Below are positions 17,066 to 28,567 of a DNA stretch of 33,416 nt, piece after piece. This stretch comes from Deltaproteobacteria bacterium. GTDB taxonomy: Bacteria > Myxococcota_A > UBA9160 > SMWR01. The notes below the pieces were generated by a model, which was not told the origin of the DNA, did no database searches, and was given only the letters and a program-made list of their open reading frames with translations. The first letter of the stretch is position 1, and each line of letters opens with the position of its first letter. The position numbers were made by a program, and so were the translations under genes. Location of the stretch: contig JAQBGU010000142.1 of the NCBI GenBank assembly GCA_032128375.1, positions 1 through 33,416 of the forward strand, given 5' to 3'.

Positions 17066-18144
17066 CAGATCTCCACGCGTCGCATGGCGAGGCCGATTCC
17101 CACGCCCAGCATTGGAGCCACGTCTTCCAACATTTCGGGGTCAAGCTTCGAATTCGGCAGAATTCGAGCGAGCGGATTGAGCGTCTCGACTGTCAGGCCC
17201 GTCCGCTTCCTGAAGGCCGCCTCGAACCCGACAACTTTGGCTCCACCGCCAGATAGAATGACTCGTTCGATCCGACTGTCGGCCGTCGTAGCGGCAAAAA
17301 AATCCAGCGAGCGACTGATTTCACCAATCACGGTGTCAGTCACACTCTGCATCGCCTCTTCCACCTCGGCCGGAACCACGGCCTGGCCCCTGTCCGAGTC
17401 TGACTCTCCGAGCTTGATTCGCTCGGCTTCGTCGAAACTGATCGAGAGCGCCTTCTGGATTTCTTCGGTGTATTGATTTCCAGCAGTCGTGATGTCGCGC
17501 GTGAACGCCGGCACGCCTTCCGACACGATATTGATGTTCACGACCTGAGCACCGATGTTGACCAACGCCACGACCTCGTCCGATCGAACGTCGTAGTTCG
17601 CCTCGAACGCGTTTTCGACTGCAAAAGCCGCCACGTCGATTGTCGCAGGGATCAGCCCAGCCTCACTGATGACCTGTACGTAGTCGTCGATCAGATCCTT
17701 CTTGGCTGCGACCAACAACACGTCCATCTGGCCTTCGGCCCCGGAGGACTCCATGATCTGAAAGTCCAGATTGACTTCGTTGACATCGAATGGGATGTAC
17801 TGCTCGGCTTCCCAGCGAATCTGCTCATCGAGTTCGTCGCGGGTCATCATGGGCAAGCTGACCTTCTTCACAATGACAGAATGCCCGCAGACCGCCGCGG
17901 CGACGTGCTTCGACCTGATCTTCCCGTTGGAGATGGCCTCGCGAATCGCCTCGGCAATCGCGGCCGAGTTGAGAAAGGCACCCTGAACAATGGCTTCCGC
18001 TGGGAGCTTGGCGATTCCGAGGTGCGTCAACTCGAATTCGCGGTGCCTTCCCTTCGCTGTCAGCTCCACCGCCTTCACAGTGGAAGAGCCGATATCGAGA
18101 CCGACCATGGATTTCTTAGAGCCTAGGCTAAGCGCGAATTTCAC
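17065..18144 (-). CDS. pilM: Type IV pilus actin-like protein PilM
   Basis: VGLDIGSSTVK, EAEQYIPF, VLLVAAKK and ILSGGGA motifs. AGGAGG upstream. Confidence 0.96.
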   Translation of the reverse strand: MKFALSLGSKKSMVGLDIGSSTVKAVELTAKGRHREFELTHLGIAKLPAEAIVQGAFLNSAAIAEAIREAISNGKIRSKHVAAAVCGHSVIVKKVSLPMMTRDELDEQIRWEAEQYIPFDVNEVNLDFQIMESSGAEGQMDVLLVAAKKDLIDDYVQVISEAGLIPATIDVAAFAVENAFEANYDVRSDEVVALVNIGAQVVNINIVSEGVPAFTRDITTAGNQYTEEIQKALSISFDEAERIKLGESDSDRGQAVVPAEVEEAMQSVTDTVIGEISRSLDFFAATTADSRIERVILSGGGAKVVGFEAAFRKRTGLTVETLNPLARILPNSKLDPEMLEDVAPMLGVGIGLAMRRVEI

Positions 18145-18224
18145 GATCCACTGGCCTCCTTGGTGTTACGAGAATTCGTTCGAGTCACGACGTATGGGTC
18201 TGGCCGCTGCTGTCGTTGTTGGAA

Positions 18225-18488
18225 TCACTGTTCTTGTTTTTCTTGGTGCGGTGATGCTTGTTGTGATGCTTGTTGCGGTGAGGGCGCCTGTAGCAGACCA
18301 AAGACGCGATCCTTGTCTGTGACCCCCATCCCCAAAGCCAGCAGGATCTTCCTCTTGGTATCGAGGCGGCAGGGCCTGCCGGACTCAACGCGATCGATGG
18401 TGAGAGTCGAAACACCAGCCCTTCGTGCAAGCTCAGCCTTGCTCATCATGAGCGACTCGCGGAATCTCTGGACGTTGTTGCTGGGCAC
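18225..18488 (-). CDS. Small XRE-family helix-turn-helix protein upstream of pilM
   Basis: NNVQRFRESLMMSKAELARRAGVSTLTIDRVESG. Start GTG 18488 after a G-rich SD. Confidence 0.85.
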   Translation of the reverse strand: MPSNNVQRFRESLMMSKAELARRAGVSTLTIDRVESGRPCRLDTKRKILLALGMGVTDKDRVFGLLQAPSPQQASQQASPHQEKQEQ

Positions 18489-18557
18489 TGCATCCCCCCC
18501 CAAAAAACCCTCAATCCGACCCCACGCAGTGAGCTCTGGCAGATCGAACGTTCCTCA

Positions 18558-18585
18558 GTATCGGCCTTCGGTTACGGGGACTTGA
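18558..18585 (-). promoter_or_regulatory. sigma28-like promoter upstream of XRE-pilMNOPQ
   Basis: TCAA-N16-GCCGATAC, about 70 bp upstream of the start. A second, wider-spaced copy (N18) lies at 18639-18668. Confidence 0.5.
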
Positions 18586-18737
18586 GAGATCTGGACCCCG
18601 GTCGATGGTGTCTCGGGGCACACTCGTGCACCGGAAATTCATCGGCAAGAAGGCCGGGTCCAACTTGAATAAGCGACGGAAGCCGGCCTACCTGATCTCC
18701 TCAGGATCCGAACCGAAACGTCCGATACGGGAGGACC

Positions 18738-20081
<1,344 letters not shown>

Positions 20082-20087
20082 CGTCCC

Positions 20088-21479
20088 TCAGTTGTCTCCA
20101 GGGTCTGGATTGTCGAGGCCGAGCTTCTCGAGCCGGTAGCGGAACGATCGAAACGATACGCCAACCAATTGCGCAGCCCGTTTCTTGACGCCACCCGAAG
20201 CCCGCATGGCCTCCAACAACAAGCCTCGCTCGTAGTCGTCCACCATCGATTCGAGGTTGATTCCGGTCTTCGGGATGCGCGTCATGGAACTGCCCGGGAC
20301 CGGATGCGTGATCGAGGGAGGCAATGCATCTACATCGATCACCGGCCCGCGCCCGAGAGCCACCGCACGTTCGATCGCATTTTCGAGCTCGCGGACATTG
20401 CCTGGAAACCCATAGGCGACCAATCGCTCGATCGCTTCAGAAGTGAGGGGAGTGACCTCGCGGTCCAGTTCGACGGCGTACTTTTCGACAAAGTGCGCCG
20501 CCAGAAGCGGAATGTCGTCGGTTCGCTCGCGTAGCGGGGGAACCGCGATCTCGATGACATTGAGCCGGTAGTACAGATCGTCGCGGAATCGGCCACACGC
20601 GACCTCCTCCCCCAGCTTGCGGTTCGTGGCAGCGACGATTCGCACGTCTGCCCGAATGTCCGACGTACCACCCACGCGGCGAATCGTCTTCTCCTGAATC
20701 GCCCTCAGTAACTTGACCTGCACCGGGAGCGTCAGCTCTCCGACTTCATCGAGGAAGATTGTCCCAGCATCGGCGGTCTCGAACAGACCGGCCTTGTTCT
20801 GGATCGCACCCGTAAACGCACCCTTCACATGACCAAACAATTCCGATTCCAGTAGGGCCTCAGGAATCGCTGCGCAGTTCACCGCCACGAAGGGGCGGTC
20901 ACGCCGCGCGCCACCCGAGTGAATCGATCTCGCGACGACCTCTTTGCCGGTACCGCTCTCACCTGTGATCAAGACGTTGGCCTTCGAATCGGCCACTTGC
21001 GCCGCCATGTCGAAGACGCGTCGAATCGCCGCGCTGCTACCGATGATGGAGCGGTCTCGCGCATGGCTGCGTAGCTCCGTCCGCAGCCGTCGATTCTCTG
21101 ACGTCAACAGCTTCTTCTCGAGCGCTTTCTCTACGACGATCCGCAACTCATCGACTTTGAACGGCTTGGTGACGTAGTCGTAGGCACCTTCTTTCATCGC
21201 ACGGATCGCGGTTTCAGTGCTGGCAAACGCGGTGATCATGATGACAACCGCTTCGGGGGCAAGGTCGTAACACAGGTGCAGAAGATCGAGACCGGAGCCG
21301 CCGGGCATCTGGATGTCGGTGATCACGACGTCGAAGTCGTCACTTTCGAGCTGGATCCTCGCTGTTTCCACACTACCGGCGGTGACCACCTCGTAGCCTT
21401 CGCTGCGGAAGAAGATCTCGAGGAACTCCTGCATGCTTCGCTCGTCATCAACGACGAGGATGCGTGCCTTCGTATTCAA
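20088..21479 (-). CDS. pilR: sigma54-dependent response regulator PilR
   Basis: REC domain, GESGTGKE, intact GAFTGA and HTH. Directly follows pilS. Confidence 0.88.
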   Translation of the reverse strand: MNTKARILVVDDERSMQEFLEIFFRSEGYEVVTAGSVETARIQLESDDFDVVITDIQMPGGSGLDLLHLCYDLAPEAVVIMITAFASTETAIRAMKEGAYDYVTKPFKVDELRIVVEKALEKKLLTSENRRLRTELRSHARDRSIIGSSAAIRRVFDMAAQVADSKANVLITGESGTGKEVVARSIHSGGARRDRPFVAVNCAAIPEALLESELFGHVKGAFTGAIQNKAGLFETADAGTIFLDEVGELTLPVQVKLLRAIQEKTIRRVGGTSDIRADVRIVAATNRKLGEEVACGRFRDDLYYRLNVIEIAVPPLRERTDDIPLLAAHFVEKYAVELDREVTPLTSEAIERLVAYGFPGNVRELENAIERAVALGRGPVIDVDALPPSITHPVPGSSMTRIPKTGINLESMVDDYERGLLLEAMRASGGVKKRAAQLVGVSFRSFRYRLEKLGLDNPDPGDN

Positions 21480-23203
21480 AATGACCCCTCCGCTGCTGGT
21501 AGCCGGAGCTGAACTCGGGTACCAACGCCAACGCTACTTTCGATACGAACCAGACCACCATGATCTCCGACCATGCGATGCACCATCGCGAGGCCCAGCC
21601 CGGAGCCGTTCTGCTTGGTGGTGAAGAAGGGATCAAAGATGCGATCCAGCTGGTCGTGTGCGATTCCCACACCGTCATCGGATACGGCGACGTCAATCCA
21701 GCGCACCTTCCCTCCTGTCTCTGGTGCTCTTCGGCTTTCGGCCCTCCCCTCTTGAGAAGCGACGTCTGTGGCGGTTCCCCACGCGCGGATCTCTAGGCGG
21801 CCACCATCGGGCATCGCCTGTGAAGCGTTCAATACCAGGTTCCACAGGACTTGACGAAACTGTGTTGGGTCGACGAGGGCAACGAGCGTGGGGTCGATCG
21901 ATGGGACGATCTCCAGCTGCAGAGGTCGTGTTGTGCCGAACATCTCGAGAACCTCATCGACCACTTCGACCACAGAAACCGGCTCGACCCGACGGGGTAG
22001 CGGACGCGCATAATCGAGAAAGTCGGTGATCAGATGGTTCAGCCGATCGACTTCCCGAATGACGATCTTCATCAGGCGCTCTGGATCGCCAGGCGAGACA
22101 GATTCATTTCGCTGCGCTTGGAGCATCTCGATCGATCCAGAAATCGCGGCCAGCGGGTTTCGAATCTCGTGTGCGATGCTCGCTGAGAGCTCACCGATCG
22201 CCGCGAGCCGCTCCGATCGGCGCAGGTCAGCCTCCATCGCCACGACCTCGCTCACGTCCTGGAAGATCACGACGTGGCCGCCCGGTGTTCCCTCTTCGTC
22301 CTTGAGTACGTAGGCCGCCACACCCAGGTGCCGCAAGTCGCCATGAGCATTCCGAAATTCGGTTCGCGCTCGTGAACGGCTCTGTTTGTATTCATGAGCG
22401 TCCTGAATCACCAGTCCGCGAACGCGCGGAAGCACCTGGTCGATATCCCGCCCAAGCGCATCCTGAACGGCAATTCCGGTAATGCGCACGGCCTCGGGAT
22501 TGAACGACGTGATGGCACCCCCGAGGTCGATCGTCAACAGTCCACTCATGAGGCTTTCCACGGTTCGGCGATGCAGCGTCTGCAGACGGCTGAGATCCTG
22601 GGTCCGCTGCACGAGCGCTTCGCCGGTCCGACGCAGCTCGCCGGCCAACAGGCTCGCGAGGGCAGCTACCAGCAGCACTGCGCCGGCATGCACCACCCAG
22701 ATGCCCGTCAGCGCGGGTCCCGATTCGTGTGCCGAAGCGAGGTCGCTGGTCAACGCGCGGTGTTCGGTCAACAAGACCAGCCCGTAGATCGTCGCGCTCC
22801 CCACCGCAGCGATCACCGCACCGGTGCGTTCGAACAACACGGCTCCATACACCGCCACCAGAATATACAGGAACGTGAACGGCGAACCCGAGCCGCCCGA
22901 GACGTGAACGAGCGCACTGACGATTGCAATATCGGTTGCAAGGTTGACCGCTGCGAAGCGCTTCACGTGCTTGACGTGATCGAGCATCAGCCCGTATGCA
23001 ATCGTCGCGAGGAACGCGAAGACGACTGTCGCGTAGAAGCCATGCCAATCGGTAGGCGAACTGGCCCAACCAGCCGCTTCCACTGCGAGAGCCGTCCCGA
23101 GTGCCACGGCTGAGATGACGAGACGCGCGCCCATCAGCAACACCAAGCGCTTCTCTAGCGGTCGACGGGCGCTCGGGACGTCCGGCATCGGTGCTTCGAA
23201 CAA
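21476..23203 (-). CDS. pilS: Sensor histidine kinase PilS
   Basis: Multi-TM N-terminus, PAS-like domain, HEIRNPL H-box, FDPFFTTK..GSGLGL. Lies between pilC and pilR. Confidence 0.88.
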   Translation of the reverse strand: MFEAPMPDVPSARRPLEKRLVLLMGARLVISAVALGTALAVEAAGWASSPTDWHGFYATVVFAFLATIAYGLMLDHVKHVKRFAAVNLATDIAIVSALVHVSGGSGSPFTFLYILVAVYGAVLFERTGAVIAAVGSATIYGLVLLTEHRALTSDLASAHESGPALTGIWVVHAGAVLLVAALASLLAGELRRTGEALVQRTQDLSRLQTLHRRTVESLMSGLLTIDLGGAITSFNPEAVRITGIAVQDALGRDIDQVLPRVRGLVIQDAHEYKQSRSRARTEFRNAHGDLRHLGVAAYVLKDEEGTPGGHVVIFQDVSEVVAMEADLRRSERLAAIGELSASIAHEIRNPLAAISGSIEMLQAQRNESVSPGDPERLMKIVIREVDRLNHLITDFLDYARPLPRRVEPVSVVEVVDEVLEMFGTTRPLQLEIVPSIDPTLVALVDPTQFRQVLWNLVLNASQAMPDGGRLEIRAWGTATDVASQEGRAESRRAPETGGKVRWIDVAVSDDGVGIAHDQLDRIFDPFFTTKQNGSGLGLAMVHRMVGDHGGLVRIESSVGVGTRVQLRLPAAEGSF

Positions 23204-23229
23204 TGGCTTAGACCTGGGCCGGGTGTGAA

Positions 23230-24441
23230 TCAGCCGATCGTCTCTGCGATCTTGAAGATCGGCAGATACATCGCGATCAATAAGGCGCCCACCGTACCAC
23301 CGAGTCCGACCATCATCACCGGCTCGAGCATGGCAGTCAACGCGTCAACGGCTGAATCGACTTCGTCATCGTAGAAATCAGCGATCTTCGACAGCATCGT
23401 TTCCATTGCACCCGTCTCTTCCCCGACGGCGATCATCTGGACCACCATGCCGGGAAAAACCTTGGATTCGGCGAGTGGCTCAGCGATCGTCTTGCCCTCG
23501 GAAATCGCCTGGCGAACGTCGTAGAGTGCCTCTTCGATAATCACATTGCCGGCGGTCTTCGCGACGATATCGAGCCCGTCGAGAATCGGAACTCCGCTGG
23601 CGATCATCGTGCCCAGCGTGCGTGTGAAACGCGCCACGGCCACCTTGCGCAGTAGCGCGCCAAACAATGGCAACTTCAAGAAAGCCGCATCGGTCGAACG
23701 TCTGAAACTTCGACTTCGCTTGCGAGCCTGCATGAACGAAAAGAACACAAGAAAAATCCCACCCATGAAAGGGCCGATCCAGTCCTGCATGAAATGGCTG
23801 ATGTTCACGACCATTTGTGTCGGACCCGGTAATTCGCCACCGAAGTCCTCAAACATTTTCTCAAAGGTCGGGATCACCTTGACCAGCAATAGAATCACGA
23901 CGCCGATGGCGACCACCATCACCGTCGAGGGATAGACCATCGCGCCACGAACCTTGCGAGCCAACGCATCCGCCTTCTCGAGGTAGACGGCCAGCCGATT
24001 CATGATCGTATCGAGGATGCCGCCAATCTCACCGGCTGCTACCAGGTTGACAAAGAGCGAATCAAAGGGCGGATCGTGCTTGCCCAGAGCATCGGCGAAC
24101 GTCGATCCCTGTTCGACGTCCTTCTTGACTTCACGGATGATCTTTCTGAATGTCGGATTTTCCTGCTGATCCCCGAGTATCTGCAAGCACTGCACCAGCG
24201 GAAGGCCAGCATCGATCATCGTGGCGAACTGCCGTGTGTAGATCACGAGATCCTTTGTCCTGATCTTCTTTTTCAAGAAGGGAAAATACTCGCCGAGATC
24301 CTTGGGTTTCAGTTTCACGGTGATGGGCACGAGCATCTGAGAGCGAAGCTGTGCCATGACCGCGTCCTGGCTGACGGCCTCCATTTCGCCCTTCTTGATC
24401 GTTCCCTGGCGGGTCTTGCCCTTCCAGTTGAAGATCGGCAT
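23230..24441 (-). CDS. pilC: Type IV pilus platform protein PilC (GspF family)
   Basis: TRQFATMIDAGLPL, AGEIGGILD, AMVYP and VGEETGAM motifs. Confidence 0.95.
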   Translation of the reverse strand: MPIFNWKGKTRQGTIKKGEMEAVSQDAVMAQLRSQMLVPITVKLKPKDLGEYFPFLKKKIRTKDLVIYTRQFATMIDAGLPLVQCLQILGDQQENPTFRKIIREVKKDVEQGSTFADALGKHDPPFDSLFVNLVAAGEIGGILDTIMNRLAVYLEKADALARKVRGAMVYPSTVMVVAIGVVILLLVKVIPTFEKMFEDFGGELPGPTQMVVNISHFMQDWIGPFMGGIFLVFFSFMQARKRSRSFRRSTDAAFLKLPLFGALLRKVAVARFTRTLGTMIASGVPILDGLDIVAKTAGNVIIEEALYDVRQAISEGKTIAEPLAESKVFPGMVVQMIAVGEETGAMETMLSKIADFYDDEVDSAVDALTAMLEPVMMVGLGGTVGALLIAMYLPIFKIAETIG

Positions 24442-24539
24442 CTCTTACACCCCCTGCTGGCGGGTCGTCTCTAGAACCTGACCCAAGATGGGTCAGTTGA
24501 CGACGTGAATGATTTCGGCGCGACGCGGCGAATACCCAA

Positions 24540-25643
24540 CTAGTTCTTCCCGATCCGACGCGCCTGGCTCGCGACAGCTGCGTTCGGCCCGATCAGGTTT
24601 CGAAGTTCGTCATGGTCTGGACTCCGACCCAGCGCGTCCTCGAGCGTTATCATCCGGCGCTGGTACAGGCTCGCCAGCGATTGATTCATGGTCTGCATTC
24701 CGAATTTTTCCTGGCCAACCTGCATCGAGGAGTACATCTGGTGGATCTTGTCTTCCCGAATCAGGTTCCGGATCGCTGCGTTCGGAATCATGACCTCCAG
24801 CGCCATCGCCCGCCCGGGGCCGTTCGCTCGCGGCAAGAGCGCCTGACACAAGACGCCTTCGAGCACGAATGAGAGCTGTGCGCGGATTTGCGCCTGCTGA
24901 TAGGGCGAGAAAACGTCGATGATGCGATTAATCGTCTGGACGGCAGAGTTTGTGTGCAGCGTTGCCACGCAGAGATGGCCGGTCTCAGCAACGGTCAGAG
25001 CCGCTTCGATCGTCTCCAGGTCGCGCATCTCACCGATCAGCACCACGTCCGGGTCCTGGCGCAGGATGTACTTGAGTGCCTTCTTGAAGCTGTCTGTGTC
25101 GGCTCCCACCTCGCGTTGATTGACAACACACCCCTTGTGCTGATGCAGATACTCGATCGGGTCTTCGATGGTGACGATGTGTTCGTTCCGATCCTGGTTG
25201 ATCTTGTCGATGATCGTTGCGAGTGTCGTTGACTTCCCCGAACCGGTCGGACCGGTCACCAAGAGCAGACCGCGCGGCTTCTGGGCCAGGTCGGCGACGA
25301 TCTTGGGCAGCCCCAGTTCTTCGAACGACAAGATCTTGAACGGAATCGCCCGAAACGCACCGGCGACATTGCCGCGTTGAATGAAGATATTGGCCCGAAA
25401 ACGGCTGAGCTTTTGAACACTGAACGAAAGGTCGAGTTCGTTGTTCTCTTCGAAGCGATGCTTCTGGGCATCGGTGAGCACCGAGTAGCAGAGCTGCTTG
25501 GTCTCTGGCGGAGACAGCGGCGGCATCCGGAGAGGATGGAGCTTGCCGTCGATTCGGAGCTGCGGCGATGTCCCGGTGGTGATGTGAAGATCGCTGGCGC
25601 CCTTCTCGATCATCGCCTTCAGAAGTTGGTGCATATTTGCCAT
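24540..25643 (-). CDS. pilT: Type IV pilus retraction ATPase PilT
   Basis: GPTGSGKSTT, EDPIEY, LRQDPD and AIRNLIRE motifs. Start ATG 25643 after AGGAG. Confidence 0.96.
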   Translation of the reverse strand: MANMHQLLKAMIEKGASDLHITTGTSPQLRIDGKLHPLRMPPLSPPETKQLCYSVLTDAQKHRFEENNELDLSFSVQKLSRFRANIFIQRGNVAGAFRAIPFKILSFEELGLPKIVADLAQKPRGLLLVTGPTGSGKSTTLATIIDKINQDRNEHIVTIEDPIEYLHQHKGCVVNQREVGADTDSFKKALKYILRQDPDVVLIGEMRDLETIEAALTVAETGHLCVATLHTNSAVQTINRIIDVFSPYQQAQIRAQLSFVLEGVLCQALLPRANGPGRAMALEVMIPNAAIRNLIREDKIHQMYSSMQVGQEKFGMQTMNQSLASLYQRRMITLEDALGRSPDHDELRNLIGPNAAVASQARRIGKN

Positions 25644-25653
25644 GATCGAGCTC

Positions 25654-27355
25654 CTAGTGATCGGCCGTCGAGACGCGGAGAACCTCACTCAAGGTGGTAG
25701 TTCCCTCCGCGAGCTTCTTGAACGCGCTCTGCCGCAGTGTCTGCATTCCGAGTCGCATAGCCTCTCGTTTGATTTCGAGAGAAGATGCCCCATTCAAAAT
25801 AAATTCCTTGAGTTCGTCCTGGATCGCCATGACTTCGTAAACTGCAAGGCGGCCTTTGAAACCTGTGTCGGAGCAGTTCTTACAGCCGCGCCCCTTGACG
25901 GGGACCACCTTTCTCGCGGCCTCTTCCTCCATGCCTGCCTCGAGGAGCGCCTCCAGCCCGGCTTCGTCGTCCTTTTCCTTGCAATCCTCACAGATGCAGC
26001 GCGCCAGACGTTGAGCGACGATGCAGTTCACCGACGACGCGACCAGGAATGGCTCGATTCCCATGTTCAATAGGCGGTTGATGGTCGAGGGAGCATCATT
26101 GGTGTGAAGGGTCGAAAGCACCATGTGACCGGTCAGCGCCGCCTTGACCGAAATTTCTGCGGTTTCGAAGTCTCGAATTTCACCGACCATGATGATGTCA
26201 GGGTCTTGCCGCAAGAATGCGCGCAGCGCTGAAGCGAAGTTCAGCCCAATGTCGTCGTGCATCTGAACCTGGTTGATTCCATTCAGGTTGAACTCGACCG
26301 GGTCTTCCGCGGTGGAGAGATTTTCAGTGGTCTTGTTCAACTCGGAGAGCGCCGAATACAGCGTAGTCGTCTTGCCAGAGCCGGTCGGCCCAGTGACCAG
26401 TACCATGCCGTACGGTTGGTGAATGCAGTGCAGGAATAGATCGAGTTGGTGCTGCTCGAACCCCGAGCTTGGTCATGTCCAGCTGCAGATTCGATTTGTC
26501 GAGAAGCCGCAGAACGATTTTTTCCCCGAATAGCGTCGGAAGTACCGAGACGCGAAAGTCCATCTCGCGTCCGCGGCCGAGTTTGAGTTTGATGCGTCCG
26601 TCCTGGGGAAGCCGACGCTCGGCGATGTCGAGTTCGCTCATGATCTTGATGCGCGAAAGGATGGCGTTTCGGAGTTTCGTCGGCGGCTTCATCACTTCGT
26701 AGAGCACGCCGTCGATGCGATAGCGGACGCGGAAGCTCTTCTCGTAGGGTTCGACGTGAATGTCCGACGCGCCCTTCTTCACCGCGTCGGTCAACACGAG
26801 ATTCACGAGCTTGATGACGGGAGCATCCTCGGAAGCCTTCGCGAGTTCACCGACGTCGGCCTCTTCAGCATCGTGTATGAGGTCGATGTCTGAATCGTCA
26901 AAGTCACCCATGACGTCTTCGAGCGACGTCGTCTGGTCATAATATCTGTCGATCGCACGCCGGATCGCATCTTCGGCCGCAACGACCGGTTGGATGTTGT
27001 ATCCGGTAAGGAACTTGATGTCGTCGAGCGCGAAGATGTTGGACGGATCCGCGGTGGCCAAGATCAGCGTAGAACCGGCGCGGTTGACAGGAATCACCGT
27101 ATGCTTGGTGGCGACGTCTTCGGGAATCAGCCGGATCACGGCCTCGTCGATTTCGAACTCTGCAAGATCGATCGAGGGAACACCGTATTGCTTGGCGACA
27201 AAGTCGGTCAGCTCATTTTCGTTCAGGTAGCCGAGTTGGGTAATCTGCGCGCCGACTCGCCCGCCCTGGTTCCGAGCCTCGGCGCGCGCTTCGCGCAACT
27301 GCTCCGCCGTGAGCAGGTTCTCCTTGACGAGGAGTTCCCCGATCTGCTCGTTCAC
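25654..27355 (-). pseudogene. pilB: Type IV pilus extension ATPase PilB, split by a 1-bp frameshift (real or a sequencing error)
   Basis: Two ORFs (26324-27355 and 25654-26406). Removing one C from CCCC at 26461-26464 gives ...[36 protein letters not shown] and a continuous 566-aa PilB. Confidence 0.92.
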
Positions 27356-27471
27356 CGCTGTCTCCCCCCCATTTCGGCGCCTCGAGATGGCAACCTCGAG
27401 ACCACCCCCCGGCCGGGCGCTCGCTACGGATTGCGCCTCAGCGCATTGGAAACCGTTGAGAACCCGGTGGG

Positions 27472-27499
27472 TTATCGGCGCTCCGGGGAAGGAGCTTTA
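27472..27499 (-). promoter_or_regulatory. sigma28-like promoter upstream of pilB
   Basis: TAAA-N16-GCCGATAA, about 116 bp upstream of the pilB start. Confidence 0.55.
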
Positions 27500-28567
27500 C
27501 TCGCGCGGAGAGGCCGTACGCGCCTGATCGAGATCGCTCAGGGAGGTGCCACCGAGGCGCAGTACCGCGAGCCCGAGCAGCGTCAGCGTGAGCCAGAATA
27601 CGCCGTGAAGCAGCGTACCCAGCGCCACGGCGGTTTCCGGAGACACGCCGAACGGCTCCAGAGCCACCTTACAGGCCGCATGGTAGGTACCGAAGAATCC
27701 CGGCGCAGAGGGAATTGTCACGGCCATTCCGACCGCCGACTGGGTGACCCAAGCCGCGACGAGTGTTTCATAGGCATCGCCCATATTGATTCGGAGAGCG
27801 GCAAACGCCGCCAGAATCGGGATCGTCCCGGCCACTAGCCAGATGACCAGCGAATACGCAGCAATCCAGAATAGGTGGATTCCTCCACTGAGTGCACCGA
27901 GCCCCTGTCCGAATCGACCGAGCGCACCTTGTACATACTCCGAGACCCGCTCCGGAAACGGCCGCAACACCCAAGCGGCCAGCGCAATGATGCGGTCGGG
28001 TGCCAACCTGAGTGCGACGAGTGCGGCCAATGGCGCGAGCGCGACTGGAATCAGCAGAATGACACCCTGCGCCAGCGTCCCCCCAGAACCCGCTCCCCAA
28101 AGACCGAGCGCGAGAGCGGCCAAGCCGATGACTGTGACCGTATCAATGACACGTTCCAGGATCACCGTGCCGAAGATCGCCGCCGCCGGAGCGCCCGTCT
28201 CGCGTGCGAGATACCAAGCTCGAATCACCTCACCCATGCGCAGGGGAAAGATGTTGTTCGCCATGAACCCAATCGAGACCGCACGAAACAGAGGCGCCGT
28301 CGAGATCGGCTGGATCGGATCGGTCAGGTGGCGCCAGCGCAGTGCCCGCAGATATACGCACAGCACGTAAGCGGGAATGGAAAATCCCAGTAGAATCAGC
28401 CAGTCGGCCCGGGCAATCACCTCGCCGACCATTGCGAAATCCACGCCCCGCACGACGAGCCAGACGAACAGGCCAGTGACCGCGACGCCTGCCCAGACAC
28501 GCGGATCGCGGACCCGCCGGCGGCGTGCTGGACGGCCCGGCGAATGCGCGTCGTCTGCAGTGCTCAG
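27497..28567 (-). CDS. Lysylphosphatidylglycerol synthase TM-domain / flippase-like membrane protein (UPF0104)
   Basis: RALRWRHL, GFMANNIFPLRMGEVIRA, ERVID and PSAPGFFGTYH motifs. Extended from GTG 28453 to a probable CTG start at 28567. Confidence 0.85.
   Translation of the reverse strand: MSTADDAHSPGRPARRRRVRDPRVWAGVAVTGLFVWLVVRGVDFAMVGEVIARADWLILLGFSIPAYVLCVYLRALRWRHLTDPIQPISTAPLFRAVSIGFMANNIFPLRMGEVIRAWYLARETGAPAAAIFGTVILERVIDTVTVIGLAALALGLWGAGSGGTLAQGVILLIPVALAPLAALVALRLAPDRIIALAAWVLRPFPERVSEYVQGALGRFGQGLGALSGGIHLFWIAAYSLVIWLVAGTIPILAAFAALRINMGDAYETLVAAWVTQSAVGMAVTIPSAPGFFGTYHAACKVALEPFGVSPETAVALGTLLHGVFWLTLTLLGLAVLRLGGTSLSDLDQARTASPRE

Noticed and set aside
26455..26470. Programmed ribosomal frameshift in pilB
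   Set aside because: It would need a +1 shift. No known slippery or pause signal is present, and I know of no precedent for PilB.
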